Shown here: piece after piece, positions 18,164 through 26,961 of the stretch | Numbering within the stretch: position 1 is the stretch's first letter | Layout of the letters: each line of letters begins with the position of its first letter | Assembly (NCBI GenBank): GCA_965223855.1 | Contig: CBDCXM010000009.1 | Span: 352,001-416,000 of the forward strand | From: Candidatus Multivoradales bacterium | GTDB taxonomy: Bacteria; Acidobacteriota; Thermoanaerobaculia; Multivoradales; JAHEKO01 | Direction: 5' to 3' | Length of the DNA stretch: 64,000 nucleotides | Position numbers and translations under genes: made by a program | Notes under the pieces: model-generated | The model's input: only the letters and a program-made list of their open reading frames with translations | Databases searched by the model: none | What the model was told of the DNA's origin: nothing

Positions 18164-20202
18164 TGGCGGCCGCCCGCCTCCTCGGCCCGGCGGTGGCCGG
18201 TCTGCTCGCGATCGGCCCGGTGGCGGCGGCCGAGACCCCGGCGGCGCGCGACCCGGCGAAGATCGTCACCGCCGAGGCGTGCGGCGAGTGCCATCTCGAG
18301 GAGTTCGAGGTGTGGAAGACGACGCCTCACGCACTCGGCTTCAAGTCGCTCCACCGCAGCGCCGACGCTGAAGAGATCGCGCGCAAGATGGGTCATCGGC
18401 TCATCAAGCGCGACAGCCCCTGCCTCGAATGTCACTACACGACGGCACTCGACGGCGAGCGCGAACGCGCGGTGTCGGGAGTGTCGTGCGAGTCGTGCCA
18501 CGGCGCCGGCCGCGACTGGATCGAGGTACACAACGACTACGGCCCCGACGCCACCTTCGCCACCGAGACCGACGCCCACCGCGAGCAGCGAATCGCCGCC
18601 AGCCGAGCGGCCGGGATGCTGCGGCCGACCGACCTCTACGAGGTGGCCGCCAACTGCTTCGGCTGCCACACGGTGCCCAACGAGGAGCTCGTCAACGTCG
18701 GCGGCCACACGACGGGCAGCATCGGCTTCGAGCTGGTCGAGTGGTCGCAGGGCGAGATCCGGCATAACTTCGTCGCGGCGCAGCGGGGCGGGAGCAAGGA
18801 GAACGTCGAGCGCTCCGACGAGCGCAAGCGGCTGATGTACGTCGTCGGCCGATCGCTCGAGCTCGAGTACGCGCTGCGCGGACTCGCCAAAGCGACCGAG
18901 GACGGGGCCTACGCGAAGTCGATGATCCGCAAGGTTCGCAACGCGGTTGCCGAGGTCGGCGACATCGCGGCGGTCACGACCCTCGCGCCGGTCAACACCA
19001 TGACCGCCGCGGTGCGCGAAGCCCGGGTCAGCCAGGGGAACGCAGCCGAGCTGCTGGCCGCCGCCGATCGGGTGAGCGCGGCGACCAGAGCGCTGCTCCG
19101 GGAGCCGGCCGGCGCGCAGGTGGCGGCCCTCGATCCTCTGAGACTCGGCCAGCCGCTCCCGGGGACGGATCAACTCGCCGAGGACGAGCGCGAGGGCCTC
19201 GAGGACCCCGTCGAGGGCGCGGCCGAGACCGTCCCGGCGGCCGTCGCCGCGGCGGCCGCACCCGGAGAGCCCGGCGCCACCACCGCCGGCGCCGGCAGCG
19301 GTCGGAGCGTGCCCGACTACGCTCGCAAGACCCGGCTGCGACCGACCTCGCCGCACCGCACGATCGACGCCGGCGCGTGCAGCGGCTGCCACGAGGAGCA
19401 GAACGCCTGGTGGTTCGACGACCCTCACTACGCCGCCGCCGAGCCGTTTCACGAGGGCGATCCGAAGAACGCCCAGATCGCCCGGCTCTACGGGCTCGCG
19501 GCCGGCGAGGCGACCAGGGGAAACCAGCTGTGCATGGACTGTCACGGCACGGTCGTCACCGGCAAGGAGCGCCGCGAAGTGTGGGACGGGGTGAGCTGCC
19601 AGAGCTGCCACGGTGGCGCCGCCGACTACCTCGAGCCGCACAAGGAAGGGGACGAGACGGCCGGAGATCAGCGCAGCGGCTACCTCGCCGCACTCGGTCT
19701 CGGCATGAAGGAGCTGCGTCGTCCCGAGGTGCGGGCGCGCAACTGCGCGAGCTGCCACTACATCACCGACCCGCGTCTGATCTCCGCCGGGCACCCGACC
19801 GGCAGGGACTTCCGGATCGTCGAGCGGATGCCGCGGATTCGCCACTGGGAGCGGGCCGATCTCGACGCCTCCGCCCTCGAGAGCGCCTTCCGCGACGAGG
19901 TGGCACGGCGAGGAGCGATTCCCGAGGTTGTCCTCGCCTCGCTGCCGGCGGGAGAGTCGCCGCTCGCCGCCGCTGCGACGGCGACGCGGACCCGCCGCGC
20001 GGGAGGGGGCTCCCGCCCCGTCAGAGCCCTGCCGCCGCGACAGCGACCGGTCGATCCGATCGCCATCCCGGACCCTGCGAGCGTCGGCCCGCTCGACCTC
20101 CCCCCCTTCGACCCTCCGGCGGACGACGCGCCGCTCGAGGAGGTCCTGGCGCTGATTCAGCAGCGACTCGCCCTCATCTACGAAAACGTTCAGGAGCCGT
20201 GA
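18163..20202 (+). CDS. Periplasmic octaheme cytochrome c (two tandem c554-like tetraheme domains)
   Basis: ATG in a TGATG overlap, signal peptide. 8 CxxCH: CGECH, CLECH, CESCH, CFGCH, CSGCH, CMDCH, CQSCH, CASCH. Repeated GVSCxSCHG. Confidence 0.9.
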   Translation: MAAARLLGPAVAGLLAIGPVAAAETPAARDPAKIVTAEACGECHLEEFEVWKTTPHALGFKSLHRSADAEEIARKMGHRLIKRDSPCLECHYTTALDGERERAVSGVSCESCHGAGRDWIEVHNDYGPDATFATETDAHREQRIAASRAAGMLRPTDLYEVAANCFGCHTVPNEELVNVGGHTTGSIGFELVEWSQGEIRHNFVAAQRGGSKENVERSDERKRLMYVVGRSLELEYALRGLAKATEDGAYAKSMIRKVRNAVAEVGDIAAVTTLAPVNTMTAAVREARVSQGNAAELLAAADRVSAATRALLREPAGAQVAALDPLRLGQPLPGTDQLAEDEREGLEDPVEGAAETVPAAVAAAAAPGEPGATTAGAGSGRSVPDYARKTRLRPTSPHRTIDAGACSGCHEEQNAWWFDDPHYAAAEPFHEGDPKNAQIARLYGLAAGEATRGNQLCMDCHGTVVTGKERREVWDGVSCQSCHGGAADYLEPHKEGDETAGDQRSGYLAALGLGMKELRRPEVRARNCASCHYITDPRLISAGHPTGRDFRIVERMPRIRHWERADLDASALESAFRDEVARRGAIPEVVLASLPAGESPLAAAATATRTRRAGGGSRPVRALPPRQRPVDPIAIPDPASVGPLDLPPFDPPADDAPLEEVLALIQQRLALIYENVQEP

Positions 20203-20203
20203 C

Positions 20204-21838
20204 GTGAGCGAGCCGTTCGAACCGGGCAAGACCGTGCTCAAGCAGATCGAGCAGTACGGCGACCGCTGGAGCGCCTACGGCGCGAGCGAGAGCATCGTCT
20301 CGATCTCCGACAGGCTCACCCTCGAGGAGATGAGGGAGATCGACGTCTTCTCCGACTACGACGACTCGTTCCTCGAGAAGATCCGCTCCGACGTCTCGGT
20401 GGCGGTGTGGAAGCCGGACTCGGTGCTGTTCGAGGAAGGGAGCTACATCGACCTCGCCTTCGTCGTCCTCGAGGGAGAGGTCGAGACCTTCGTCGCCGGG
20501 ATCGGCAAGGGTGAAGCGACGCCGCAGCCGATCTTCGACGCCACACGCACCGTGCTGGGCGACGCCGAGACCACCCTGGCGGCCGAGCGCACCACACTGA
20601 TGCCGACGCTCTCGCCGCCGAGGCGGGCGCCGAAGGAGATCACGCTCCTCGCTTCGATGGACTTCGACATGCCGCGCGAAGGCACCGTGAGACTCGGCCC
20701 CGGCGAGGTGTTCGGCGAGATCGGCGCCCTGAGCGGCTGGCCTCAGTCGGTGACGGCACGGACCGTGACCGAGTGCCGTCTGGTGCAGATCCGGATCAAC
20801 GCGCTCAGGCTGATGAAGCGCAAGTCCGCGGCACTCAAGGAGCGCCTCGACGAGCGCTACCGCGAGCGCTCGCTGAGCGCGCAGCTGCGGACGACGCCGC
20901 TCCTGAGGCGCTCGAGCCCGCTGGTGATCGAGGCGCTCAAGGACGAGGTCGAGCTCGTCTCCTGCGAGCCGGGAGAGACGGTGCTCACCCACGGCGACGA
21001 GCCCGACGCGCTCTATCTGGTGCGCTCCGGCTTCCTCAAGCTGCTGCAGCCGCTGGCCGACGGTCAGATCGCCGTCTCGTACCTGTCGAAGGGGATGACC
21101 CTCGGCGAGGCGGAGCTGCTGCTGCCCGAGATCGACGGCTGGCAGGTCAGCGCCGAATCGGTCGAGTACAGCGAGCTGGTGCGGATCCCGGCACCGGTCT
21201 TCGACAATCTCCTGCGCAACGAGCCGCTGATCGAAGCCGATCTTTGGGCGTCGGCTCAGGAGCGCATCCGCGAGTCCGGCTTCGCGCGGCGGCACATCGG
21301 TCACGCGGAGTTCCTCCAGGAGGCGCTCGACACCGGGCTCGTTCAGGGCAACAGCATCCTGGTGATCGACCTCGAATCCTGCACCCGATGCGACGACTGC
21401 GTGCGCGCCTGTGCCGACACGCACGAGGGGCGCCCCCGCTTCGTGCGCGAGGGAGACAAGTACGCCAACCTCCTGATCGCCAAGTCCTGCTACCACTGCC
21501 GGGATCCGGTCTGTCTCGTCGGCTGCCCGACCGGCGCGATCCATCGCGCCGGGCTGAGCGATGTCGTCGAGATCGAAGACGAAATCTGTATCGGCTGCGC
21601 GAGCTGTTTCCGCAACTGCCCGTACGACGCGATCGTCATGCACGAGACCGGCGACCTGTGGCCGGACGACATGATCCCGGTCGGGCTGCGAGGGCGCGAT
21701 CGCCAGGTCGCCAGCAAGTGCGACCTTTGTGCCGACACCGGTCACGGGCCGGCGTGTGTCAGCAACTGCCCTCAGGGTTGCGCCTACCGGGTCGGATCGC
21801 TGGAGGAGTTCCAACGGCTGATGAGCGGGGAGAGCTAG
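20204..21838 (+). CDS. Two cNMP-binding (CAP_ED) domains fused to a DmsB/NrfC-like 4x[4Fe-4S] ferredoxin
   Basis: LFEEG...GEVFGEIG and HGDEPDALYLVRSG...LGEAE. Cys sets CTRCDDCVRAC, CYHCRDPVCLVGCP, CIGCASCFRNCP, KCDLC..PACVSNCP. No signal peptide. Confidence 0.9.
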   Translation: MSEPFEPGKTVLKQIEQYGDRWSAYGASESIVSISDRLTLEEMREIDVFSDYDDSFLEKIRSDVSVAVWKPDSVLFEEGSYIDLAFVVLEGEVETFVAGIGKGEATPQPIFDATRTVLGDAETTLAAERTTLMPTLSPPRRAPKEITLLASMDFDMPREGTVRLGPGEVFGEIGALSGWPQSVTARTVTECRLVQIRINALRLMKRKSAALKERLDERYRERSLSAQLRTTPLLRRSSPLVIEALKDEVELVSCEPGETVLTHGDEPDALYLVRSGFLKLLQPLADGQIAVSYLSKGMTLGEAELLLPEIDGWQVSAESVEYSELVRIPAPVFDNLLRNEPLIEADLWASAQERIRESGFARRHIGHAEFLQEALDTGLVQGNSILVIDLESCTRCDDCVRACADTHEGRPRFVREGDKYANLLIAKSCYHCRDPVCLVGCPTGAIHRAGLSDVVEIEDEICIGCASCFRNCPYDAIVMHETGDLWPDDMIPVGLRGRDRQVASKCDLCADTGHGPACVSNCPQGCAYRVGSLEEFQRLMSGES

Positions 21839-21841
21839 GCC

Positions 21842-22672
21842 TTGACTCACCGCCACCGCAGCGCGCGCCGGTCGAGGGCGGCCGTGATCGCGGCCTCCGT
21901 CGCCGCGCTCGCAGTGGTCGTCTACGTCGGCGGCGCGACCCTGTGGGAGGTGGCTCCGGGAACTCCGTTGAGCATCGGCTTCGGTGTCGCGGCGGCGATC
22001 CTCCTTCTCGGGGCAGCCCTCTACGGCGCGCGGCGGCGACTCGTACGCCTCGCCTCGCGACGCAGCCTCGGGACAGCCTCGAGCTGGCTCGCCTTTCATC
22101 TCTACGGCAGCCTCCTCTTCCTGCTGCTCGTGCACCTCCACTCCGGCTTCGCCGTTCCGAGCGAAGGGGTGACCTGGTGGCTGTGGGCACTCTCCTGGTG
22201 GACGGTCGTCACGGGGGTCGCCGGTCGGCTGCTGCAACTGTGGATCCCCAGAGCGCTCGGCTCGGGCCTGTCGGTGGAGGTGCTCTACGAGCGCATCCCC
22301 GAGCTGATCGAGGAGCTGCGCGAACGGTCGGAGACTCTCGCCGCCACTTGCGACGAGTCGGTGCAGAATCTCTACTCCAACCAGGTGGCGAAGCAGCTCA
22401 CGGGGCCGAGGCGCCGCTGGATCTACTTCGTCGATCCGGCCGGCGGAGCGCGGTCGCAACTGCGTGAGTTCGACTACCTGCGCACGATGCTGCCGCCGGA
22501 GGAGCAGGACAAACTCGATCGACTGGCGGGGTACCTGCGCACGAAGCTCGAATTCGACGCTCACTACACCCTGCAGGGAGTGCTGCGCTCGTGGCTGTGG
22601 ATCCACGTCCCGCCGTCGCTGGCGGTGCTCGCCCTGGTCATCGTCCACGTCTTCGCGGTCACCTACTACTGA
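21842..22672 (+). CDS. Integral membrane protein with conserved-looking intramembrane His residues (putative b-heme/ferric-reductase-like subunit)
   Basis: About 5 TM segments. WLAFHLYGS..LVHLHSGF and WLWIHVPPS..IVHVF His pairs. Confidence 0.65.
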   Translation: MTHRHRSARRSRAAVIAASVAALAVVVYVGGATLWEVAPGTPLSIGFGVAAAILLLGAALYGARRRLVRLASRRSLGTASSWLAFHLYGSLLFLLLVHLHSGFAVPSEGVTWWLWALSWWTVVTGVAGRLLQLWIPRALGSGLSVEVLYERIPELIEELRERSETLAATCDESVQNLYSNQVAKQLTGPRRRWIYFVDPAGGARSQLREFDYLRTMLPPEEQDKLDRLAGYLRTKLEFDAHYTLQGVLRSWLWIHVPPSLAVLALVIVHVFAVTYY

Positions 22673-22687
22673 TGGCGGACTCACACG

Positions 22688-24268
22688 ATGGCGGCTAAGC
22701 GTCGGCAGGGGAAGGGCTCCTACGGCCGCTGGCAACTGCCGGTGGCGAGGCGCTATCTCGTCCCGGGGTCGAGGGGGCGTCGGATGGTCCTGGCGGCCGC
22801 GCTCTTCGCGCTCATCCTGGCCGCGGTGGCGGCAGACTTCCGGCTGCGGCGCGGCAAGGCGCTCTCCAAGGGCGCGCTGTCGTCGCACCACGCCCTCCAG
22901 GAGCAGGACTGCGCCTCCTGCCACGTCGAGTTCGATGCGGTGAGCGACGACCGCTGCTCCTCGTGCCACGAGAAGTTCGGCGATCAGCTCGGCGTCTACA
23001 CCTTCGCCGCTCACTACCTGTACCGGTCGACCGACTTCCAGCGCGTCGTCGCCTCGGAACACGAGCTGCCGTGCTCCTCCTGCCATCTCGAGCACGCGGG
23101 GCGCGAAGCTCAGATCACCCGCGTACCGGATTCGCGCTGTCTCGACTGTCACGAATACGGCGCCTTCGGCGACGACCACCCGGAGTTCGCCTTCGCGCGG
23201 GAGGAGGCCGCCGAGGCGGGCGGCCTGCACTTCCCTCACATCGAGCACATTCGCGAAGTGATGGCGCAGCAGAACCTGCACGACGTCGAGCGGTCGTGCC
23301 TCTACTGTCATCGGCCGGAGGCGGACGGGCGCTCGTTCCAGCCGATCGAGTTCGATCTCCATTGCGACTCCTGCCACCTCACGACGACTACGGCGACGCC
23401 GCGGCTGCCGATCGCAGGAGAGGCGGGCGAGGAGGATGGTCCCGGAGTCGAGACGCTGGAAGCAATCCGCGCTCGCGGCGGCCCGGGCACGGAGTGGGCC
23501 TACTACACGAACCCCAACGAGTTCCGCCGCACCGGGCCGCGGATCCTCAAGTCGCCGCTGCATCACGAGGATCCATGGATTCTCGACAACCTGCGCCGGC
23601 TGCGGCGCGAGCTCTATCCCGACGCCGGGCTCGCCGACCTCCTGACCGCCTCCCCCGATGCCCCGGTGCATCGATTGAGCGAGGTCTACGGCGAGGCGAT
23701 CGCCACCCTGCAGTCACAGGTCGACGGCCTGCGTGCCCGCCCCGAGCCGGAGATCCAACGTGACCTCGCGAAGCTCTCCGCGCTCCTGACCGAGGCGGAG
23801 CGGAGCCTCCTCGATCCCTATACCCCCCTCGACGAGACCGAGTTCCAGCTCGCCCTCGAGCGACCCGATCCGAATCTGTCGGCGGAGCAAGTCGACTCGA
23901 TCGACCGCCTCGCCGACGAGCTGACGACGCCGTGCCGCCAGTGCCACATCGTCGAGAACGCCACCCTCGCCCGGGTCCAGACCGATCAGCGGACTCTCCT
24001 GAGCGCCGAGTTCGACCACCGCGCCCACATCCTCCAGCGGCGCTGTCTCGACTGCCATCGCGAGATCCCCGTACTCGAGCACCTGAACTCCCCCGAGCCG
24101 GTCGATCCCGCGATCGACAACGCCGGCATTCACAACCTGCCGCGCATCGAAGCGTGCCGGGAGTGCCACCAGCCGCGCCAGGTCTCGGACCGCTGCGTCA
24201 CCTGCCACGTCTTTCATCCGGACAAGAACCGGCGATCGGAACTGCTGCTCTACCTGGAGACCGGCTGA
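22688..24268 (+). CDS. Membrane-anchored decaheme cytochrome c (c3/c7-like)
   Basis: N-terminal TM. 10 CxxCH: CASCH, CSSCH x2, CLDCH x2, CLYCH, CDSCH, CRQCH, CRECH, CVTCH. FPHxxH and FDHxxH distal-ligand motifs. Confidence 0.92.
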   Translation: MAAKRRQGKGSYGRWQLPVARRYLVPGSRGRRMVLAAALFALILAAVAADFRLRRGKALSKGALSSHHALQEQDCASCHVEFDAVSDDRCSSCHEKFGDQLGVYTFAAHYLYRSTDFQRVVASEHELPCSSCHLEHAGREAQITRVPDSRCLDCHEYGAFGDDHPEFAFAREEAAEAGGLHFPHIEHIREVMAQQNLHDVERSCLYCHRPEADGRSFQPIEFDLHCDSCHLTTTTATPRLPIAGEAGEEDGPGVETLEAIRARGGPGTEWAYYTNPNEFRRTGPRILKSPLHHEDPWILDNLRRLRRELYPDAGLADLLTASPDAPVHRLSEVYGEAIATLQSQVDGLRARPEPEIQRDLAKLSALLTEAERSLLDPYTPLDETEFQLALERPDPNLSAEQVDSIDRLADELTTPCRQCHIVENATLARVQTDQRTLLSAEFDHRAHILQRRCLDCHREIPVLEHLNSPEPVDPAIDNAGIHNLPRIEACRECHQPRQVSDRCVTCHVFHPDKNRRSELLLYLETG

Positions 24269-24606
24269 TGGGAGCGCGGCTGCTGTGCAAGACCGGCAAG
24301 CTGGAGGGGCTCGAGTTCTCGCTCGGCGAAGAGACGACCGTGGGTCGCCGCCGCTCGAGCGACGCGGTGGTCGACGCCCCCGGGGTTTCGGGCACGCACG
24401 CGACGATCCGCTGGTCGGAGGAGGGCGGCCGCTACGAGCTCGAGGACCTCGGCAGTACCAACGGCACCCTGCTCGACGGCGTCCCCGCCCAGGGCATCGA
24501 GCCTCTCGGGACCCTGCACGTCATCACCTTCGGGCGGCACCACAGCTTCATCTTCGTGTGGGACGGCGCGACCCCGACCGGCACGACGAGCGCCGAGGAG
24601 GAGTAG
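24268..24606 (+). CDS. Stand-alone FHA domain protein
   Basis: ATG in a TGATG overlap. TVGR, VSGTHA, LEDLGSTNGTLLDG. Confidence 0.9.
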   Translation: MGARLLCKTGKLEGLEFSLGEETTVGRRRSSDAVVDAPGVSGTHATIRWSEEGGRYELEDLGSTNGTLLDGVPAQGIEPLGTLHVITFGRHHSFIFVWDGATPTGTTSAEEE

Positions 24607-24660
24607 GCCGCTCTCCCCCCCTCGGCCTCGGCCCCTCGGAGAACTCCGAGCCCGGGCTCG

Positions 24661-25110
24661 TCAGGACTCTCGCGAATCGGGCGGCGAATCGGGCTTGGCC
24701 TTCTTGAGGAAGCGCAGCGTCAAGAAGTTGGCGAGCGTGAGCGCAACGGCGATCTCGAAACGCCCGACCGCGACCGCCACGCCGACCGCGGCGGTACTCC
24801 AGATGCTCGCCGCGGTCGCCGTGCCGTGTACGGTCACTCCGCGCTTGACGATCGCCCCACCACCGAGGAAACCGACCCCGGTCAGCAGCCCCTGGATGAT
24901 CCTGCCGAGTTCCGGGCTGGCGTTGCCGAGCACCGAGCGCGCCAGCAGCACATAGGCGGTGCTCGCCATCGCCACCAGCGGGAAGGTGCGCAACCCGAGA
25001 CTGCGCTCCTCCTGTTCGCGGTCCCACGCGATCGGCAACGCAAGCAGAAACGAAGCGCCGAGCAGCAGGAGGTGCTCCAGGACGCTCGCCGGATCGACCA
25101 GTTCGCTCAA
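24661..25110 (-). CDS. MgtC/SapB family membrane protein
   Basis: GLRTFPLV, GVGFLGGGAI, VHGTATAASIW. TTG start overlaps the MarR stop (TTGA). Confidence 0.9.
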   Translation of the reverse strand: MSELVDPASVLEHLLLLGASFLLALPIAWDREQEERSLGLRTFPLVAMASTAYVLLARSVLGNASPELGRIIQGLLTGVGFLGGGAIVKRGVTVHGTATAASIWSTAAVGVAVAVGRFEIAVALTLANFLTLRFLKKAKPDSPPDSRES

Positions 25111-25607
25111 ACCGTCTCCTCCCCCGCTCCCTCGCCGCTCATCATGTCGGCGATCCACTCGACCGCACCGATCAGGTCCTGCCGCTGCCGGTCGTCGAGC
25201 GAGTCGAAGCGCCGCTGAAACTCATCGCCCAGTGGCAGCGGCAGCCGGGCGGCGACCGCTCTGCCCGCCTCCGTCGCGACGATATGCACGTTGCGGCGAT
25301 CCACCGGGTCGCGAACCCGGTCGATCCAACCCTTCGCTTCGAGGCGATCGATCACACCGACGAGGGTGCTCGGGCTGACGAAGAGTTGAGCCGCGATCGC
25401 GCGGGAGGTCACCGCCTCGCCCGTCACGACAGCGAGCAGGCACAGGAGCTGAGGCATCGTGACCCCTTCGCGGTTCGACAGTCCCCGCGAATGGACGTCG
25501 AGCGCATGGCCCATGCGGCGAACGGCCGCTACCAGAGCGAGCGACTGCTCGAGGGAGCGCTCAGTCCTGTCCGGGGGCAAGGCTTCGCTTGACAAGGCCG
25601 ACACCAA
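25107..25607 (-). CDS. MarR family transcriptional regulator
   Basis: VTMPQLLCL, wHTH SPSTLVGVIDRLEAKGWIDR..DPVDRR, TEAGR. Start uncertain. Confidence 0.9.
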   Translation of the reverse strand: MVSALSSEALPPDRTERSLEQSLALVAAVRRMGHALDVHSRGLSNREGVTMPQLLCLLAVVTGEAVTSRAIAAQLFVSPSTLVGVIDRLEAKGWIDRVRDPVDRRNVHIVATEAGRAVAARLPLPLGDEFQRRFDSLDDRQRQDLIGAVEWIADMMSGEGAGEETV

Positions 25608-25630
25608 TCATTAGTGTAAGAACCGTTACA
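25589..25630 (+). promoter_or_regulatory. Sigma70-type promoter for mscS with an overlapping palindromic operator
   Basis: TTGACA (25589-94), 17 bp, TAGTGT (25612-17). Palindrome TGTAA-N6-TTACA (25615-30) over -10/+1. AAGGAG RBS before GTG 25672. Confidence 0.65.
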
Positions 25631-25671
25631 GCAGTACCGCTTGCTTCAAGAACAGTCTAAAGGAGCCCCCC

Positions 25672-26610
25672 GTGGACATCAACCAGGCACTCGAGCCCGC
25701 GAAAGACCGTCTCCAGGAGTGGGGCGACACCTTGATCGCACTGGCGCCGAATCTCGTCGCCGGAATCCTGATTCTCGTCTGTGCCTGGCTCCTCTCGAAG
25801 CTCGGCCGCCGAGCGGTCGAGAAGATCGCACTCCGAGCCGCCGCCCGCAGCGCCATCGCGAGACTGCTCGGCACGGCCACGGCCGTCGGCATCATGGTCG
25901 CCGGTCTGTTCGTCGCCCTCGGGGTGCTGCAACTCGACAAGACGGTGACCTCCCTCCTCGCCGGTGCCGGTGTGATCGGAATCGCCCTCGGTTTCGCTGC
26001 GCAGAGCATGGCGGCGAACATCCTCTCCGGCACCGTCATCTCGCTGCGCAAGCCGTACAAGGAGGGAGACGTCATCGAGTCGGCGGAGCACTTCGGCACC
26101 GTCGAGGTGATCGACCTTCGCGTGACCGAGATCCTCACGCCCGAGGGCCAGACTGTCCTGCTACCGAACAAAGAGGTTCTCGAGCAGCCGCTCGTCAACT
26201 ACAGCAGACTCGGACTGCGCAGGATCGATCTCAGCGTCGGCGTCTCCTACTCCGACGATCTCGACTCGGCGGCCGCTATCGCGAGAGAGGCGGTCTCCGG
26301 CATCTCGAGTCGCCTCGAGGAACGCGAGGTCGAACTCTTCTACACCGAGTTCGGGTCGAGCTCGATCGACTTCACGGTGCGCTTCTGGATTCCGTTCGAG
26401 CGCCAGAGCGACTACCTGTCGGCCCGATCGGAAGCGATCGTCCGCATCAAGAAGGCGTTCGACGCCCACGACATCACCATCCCGTTCCCGATCCGGACTC
26501 TCGACTTCGGCATCGAGGGGGCTCAGACGCCCGATGCCGTGATCACCGCCCTCCCCGCCCTCGGGAGCCCGACACCTCATCATCACACTACGGAAAGGAA
26601 GGCCTCATGA
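25672..26610 (+). CDS. mscS: Small-conductance mechanosensitive channel (MscS family)
   Basis: LAGAGVIGIALGFAAQ..AN..SG, PYKEGDVI, GTVEVIDLRVT, IPFPIR. Confidence 0.9.
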   Translation: MDINQALEPAKDRLQEWGDTLIALAPNLVAGILILVCAWLLSKLGRRAVEKIALRAAARSAIARLLGTATAVGIMVAGLFVALGVLQLDKTVTSLLAGAGVIGIALGFAAQSMAANILSGTVISLRKPYKEGDVIESAEHFGTVEVIDLRVTEILTPEGQTVLLPNKEVLEQPLVNYSRLGLRRIDLSVGVSYSDDLDSAAAIAREAVSGISSRLEEREVELFYTEFGSSSIDFTVRFWIPFERQSDYLSARSEAIVRIKKAFDAHDITIPFPIRTLDFGIEGAQTPDAVITALPALGSPTPHHHTTERKAS

Positions 26611-26924
26611 ACCGTCATCGCAGAAGACAGGTCCAGCAGCGACTGAACTCCGAGCATCACCGGCTGGAGGCTCGTCTCCACCTCGTCAAGGCGCGCATCG
26701 CCCGGCTGCGAGCCGAGCTCGCCGGCACCTCCCGTTCGGCGCTCGACCGGGTCGAGGAGCGCAAGCAGAAGTTCGAGCGCGCGCTCGACCGCCTGGAGCA
26801 GGCCGGGGCGGACACCTGGGAGGCGGCCGGGCGTCACGCCTCGAGCGCCTGGAGTCACCTCGAGAGCGCCTACCGCGATCTCACCCGCGGCCTCGACCGC
26901 AACTTGTCGACCGACGCCGGCTAA
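26607..26924 (+). CDS. Small coiled-coil hypothetical protein
   Basis: ATGA overlap with mscS and AAGGAAGG RBS. Helical 105 aa ending in a LEQAGADTWE..AWSHL pattern. Confidence 0.65.
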   Translation: MNRHRRRQVQQRLNSEHHRLEARLHLVKARIARLRAELAGTSRSALDRVEERKQKFERALDRLEQAGADTWEAAGRHASSAWSHLESAYRDLTRGLDRNLSTDAG

Positions 26925-26961
26925 ACAACCGGACGTCCGGGCTACTGCTCCGGCGCCGGCC

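Noticed and set aside
20174-23671. 1165-aa minus-strand ORF and similar long antisense ORFs (1119-3473, 18082-20241, 50514-53252, 58861-60882)
   Set aside because: Antisense mirrors of well-supported genes, caused by stop-codon scarcity at high GC3.
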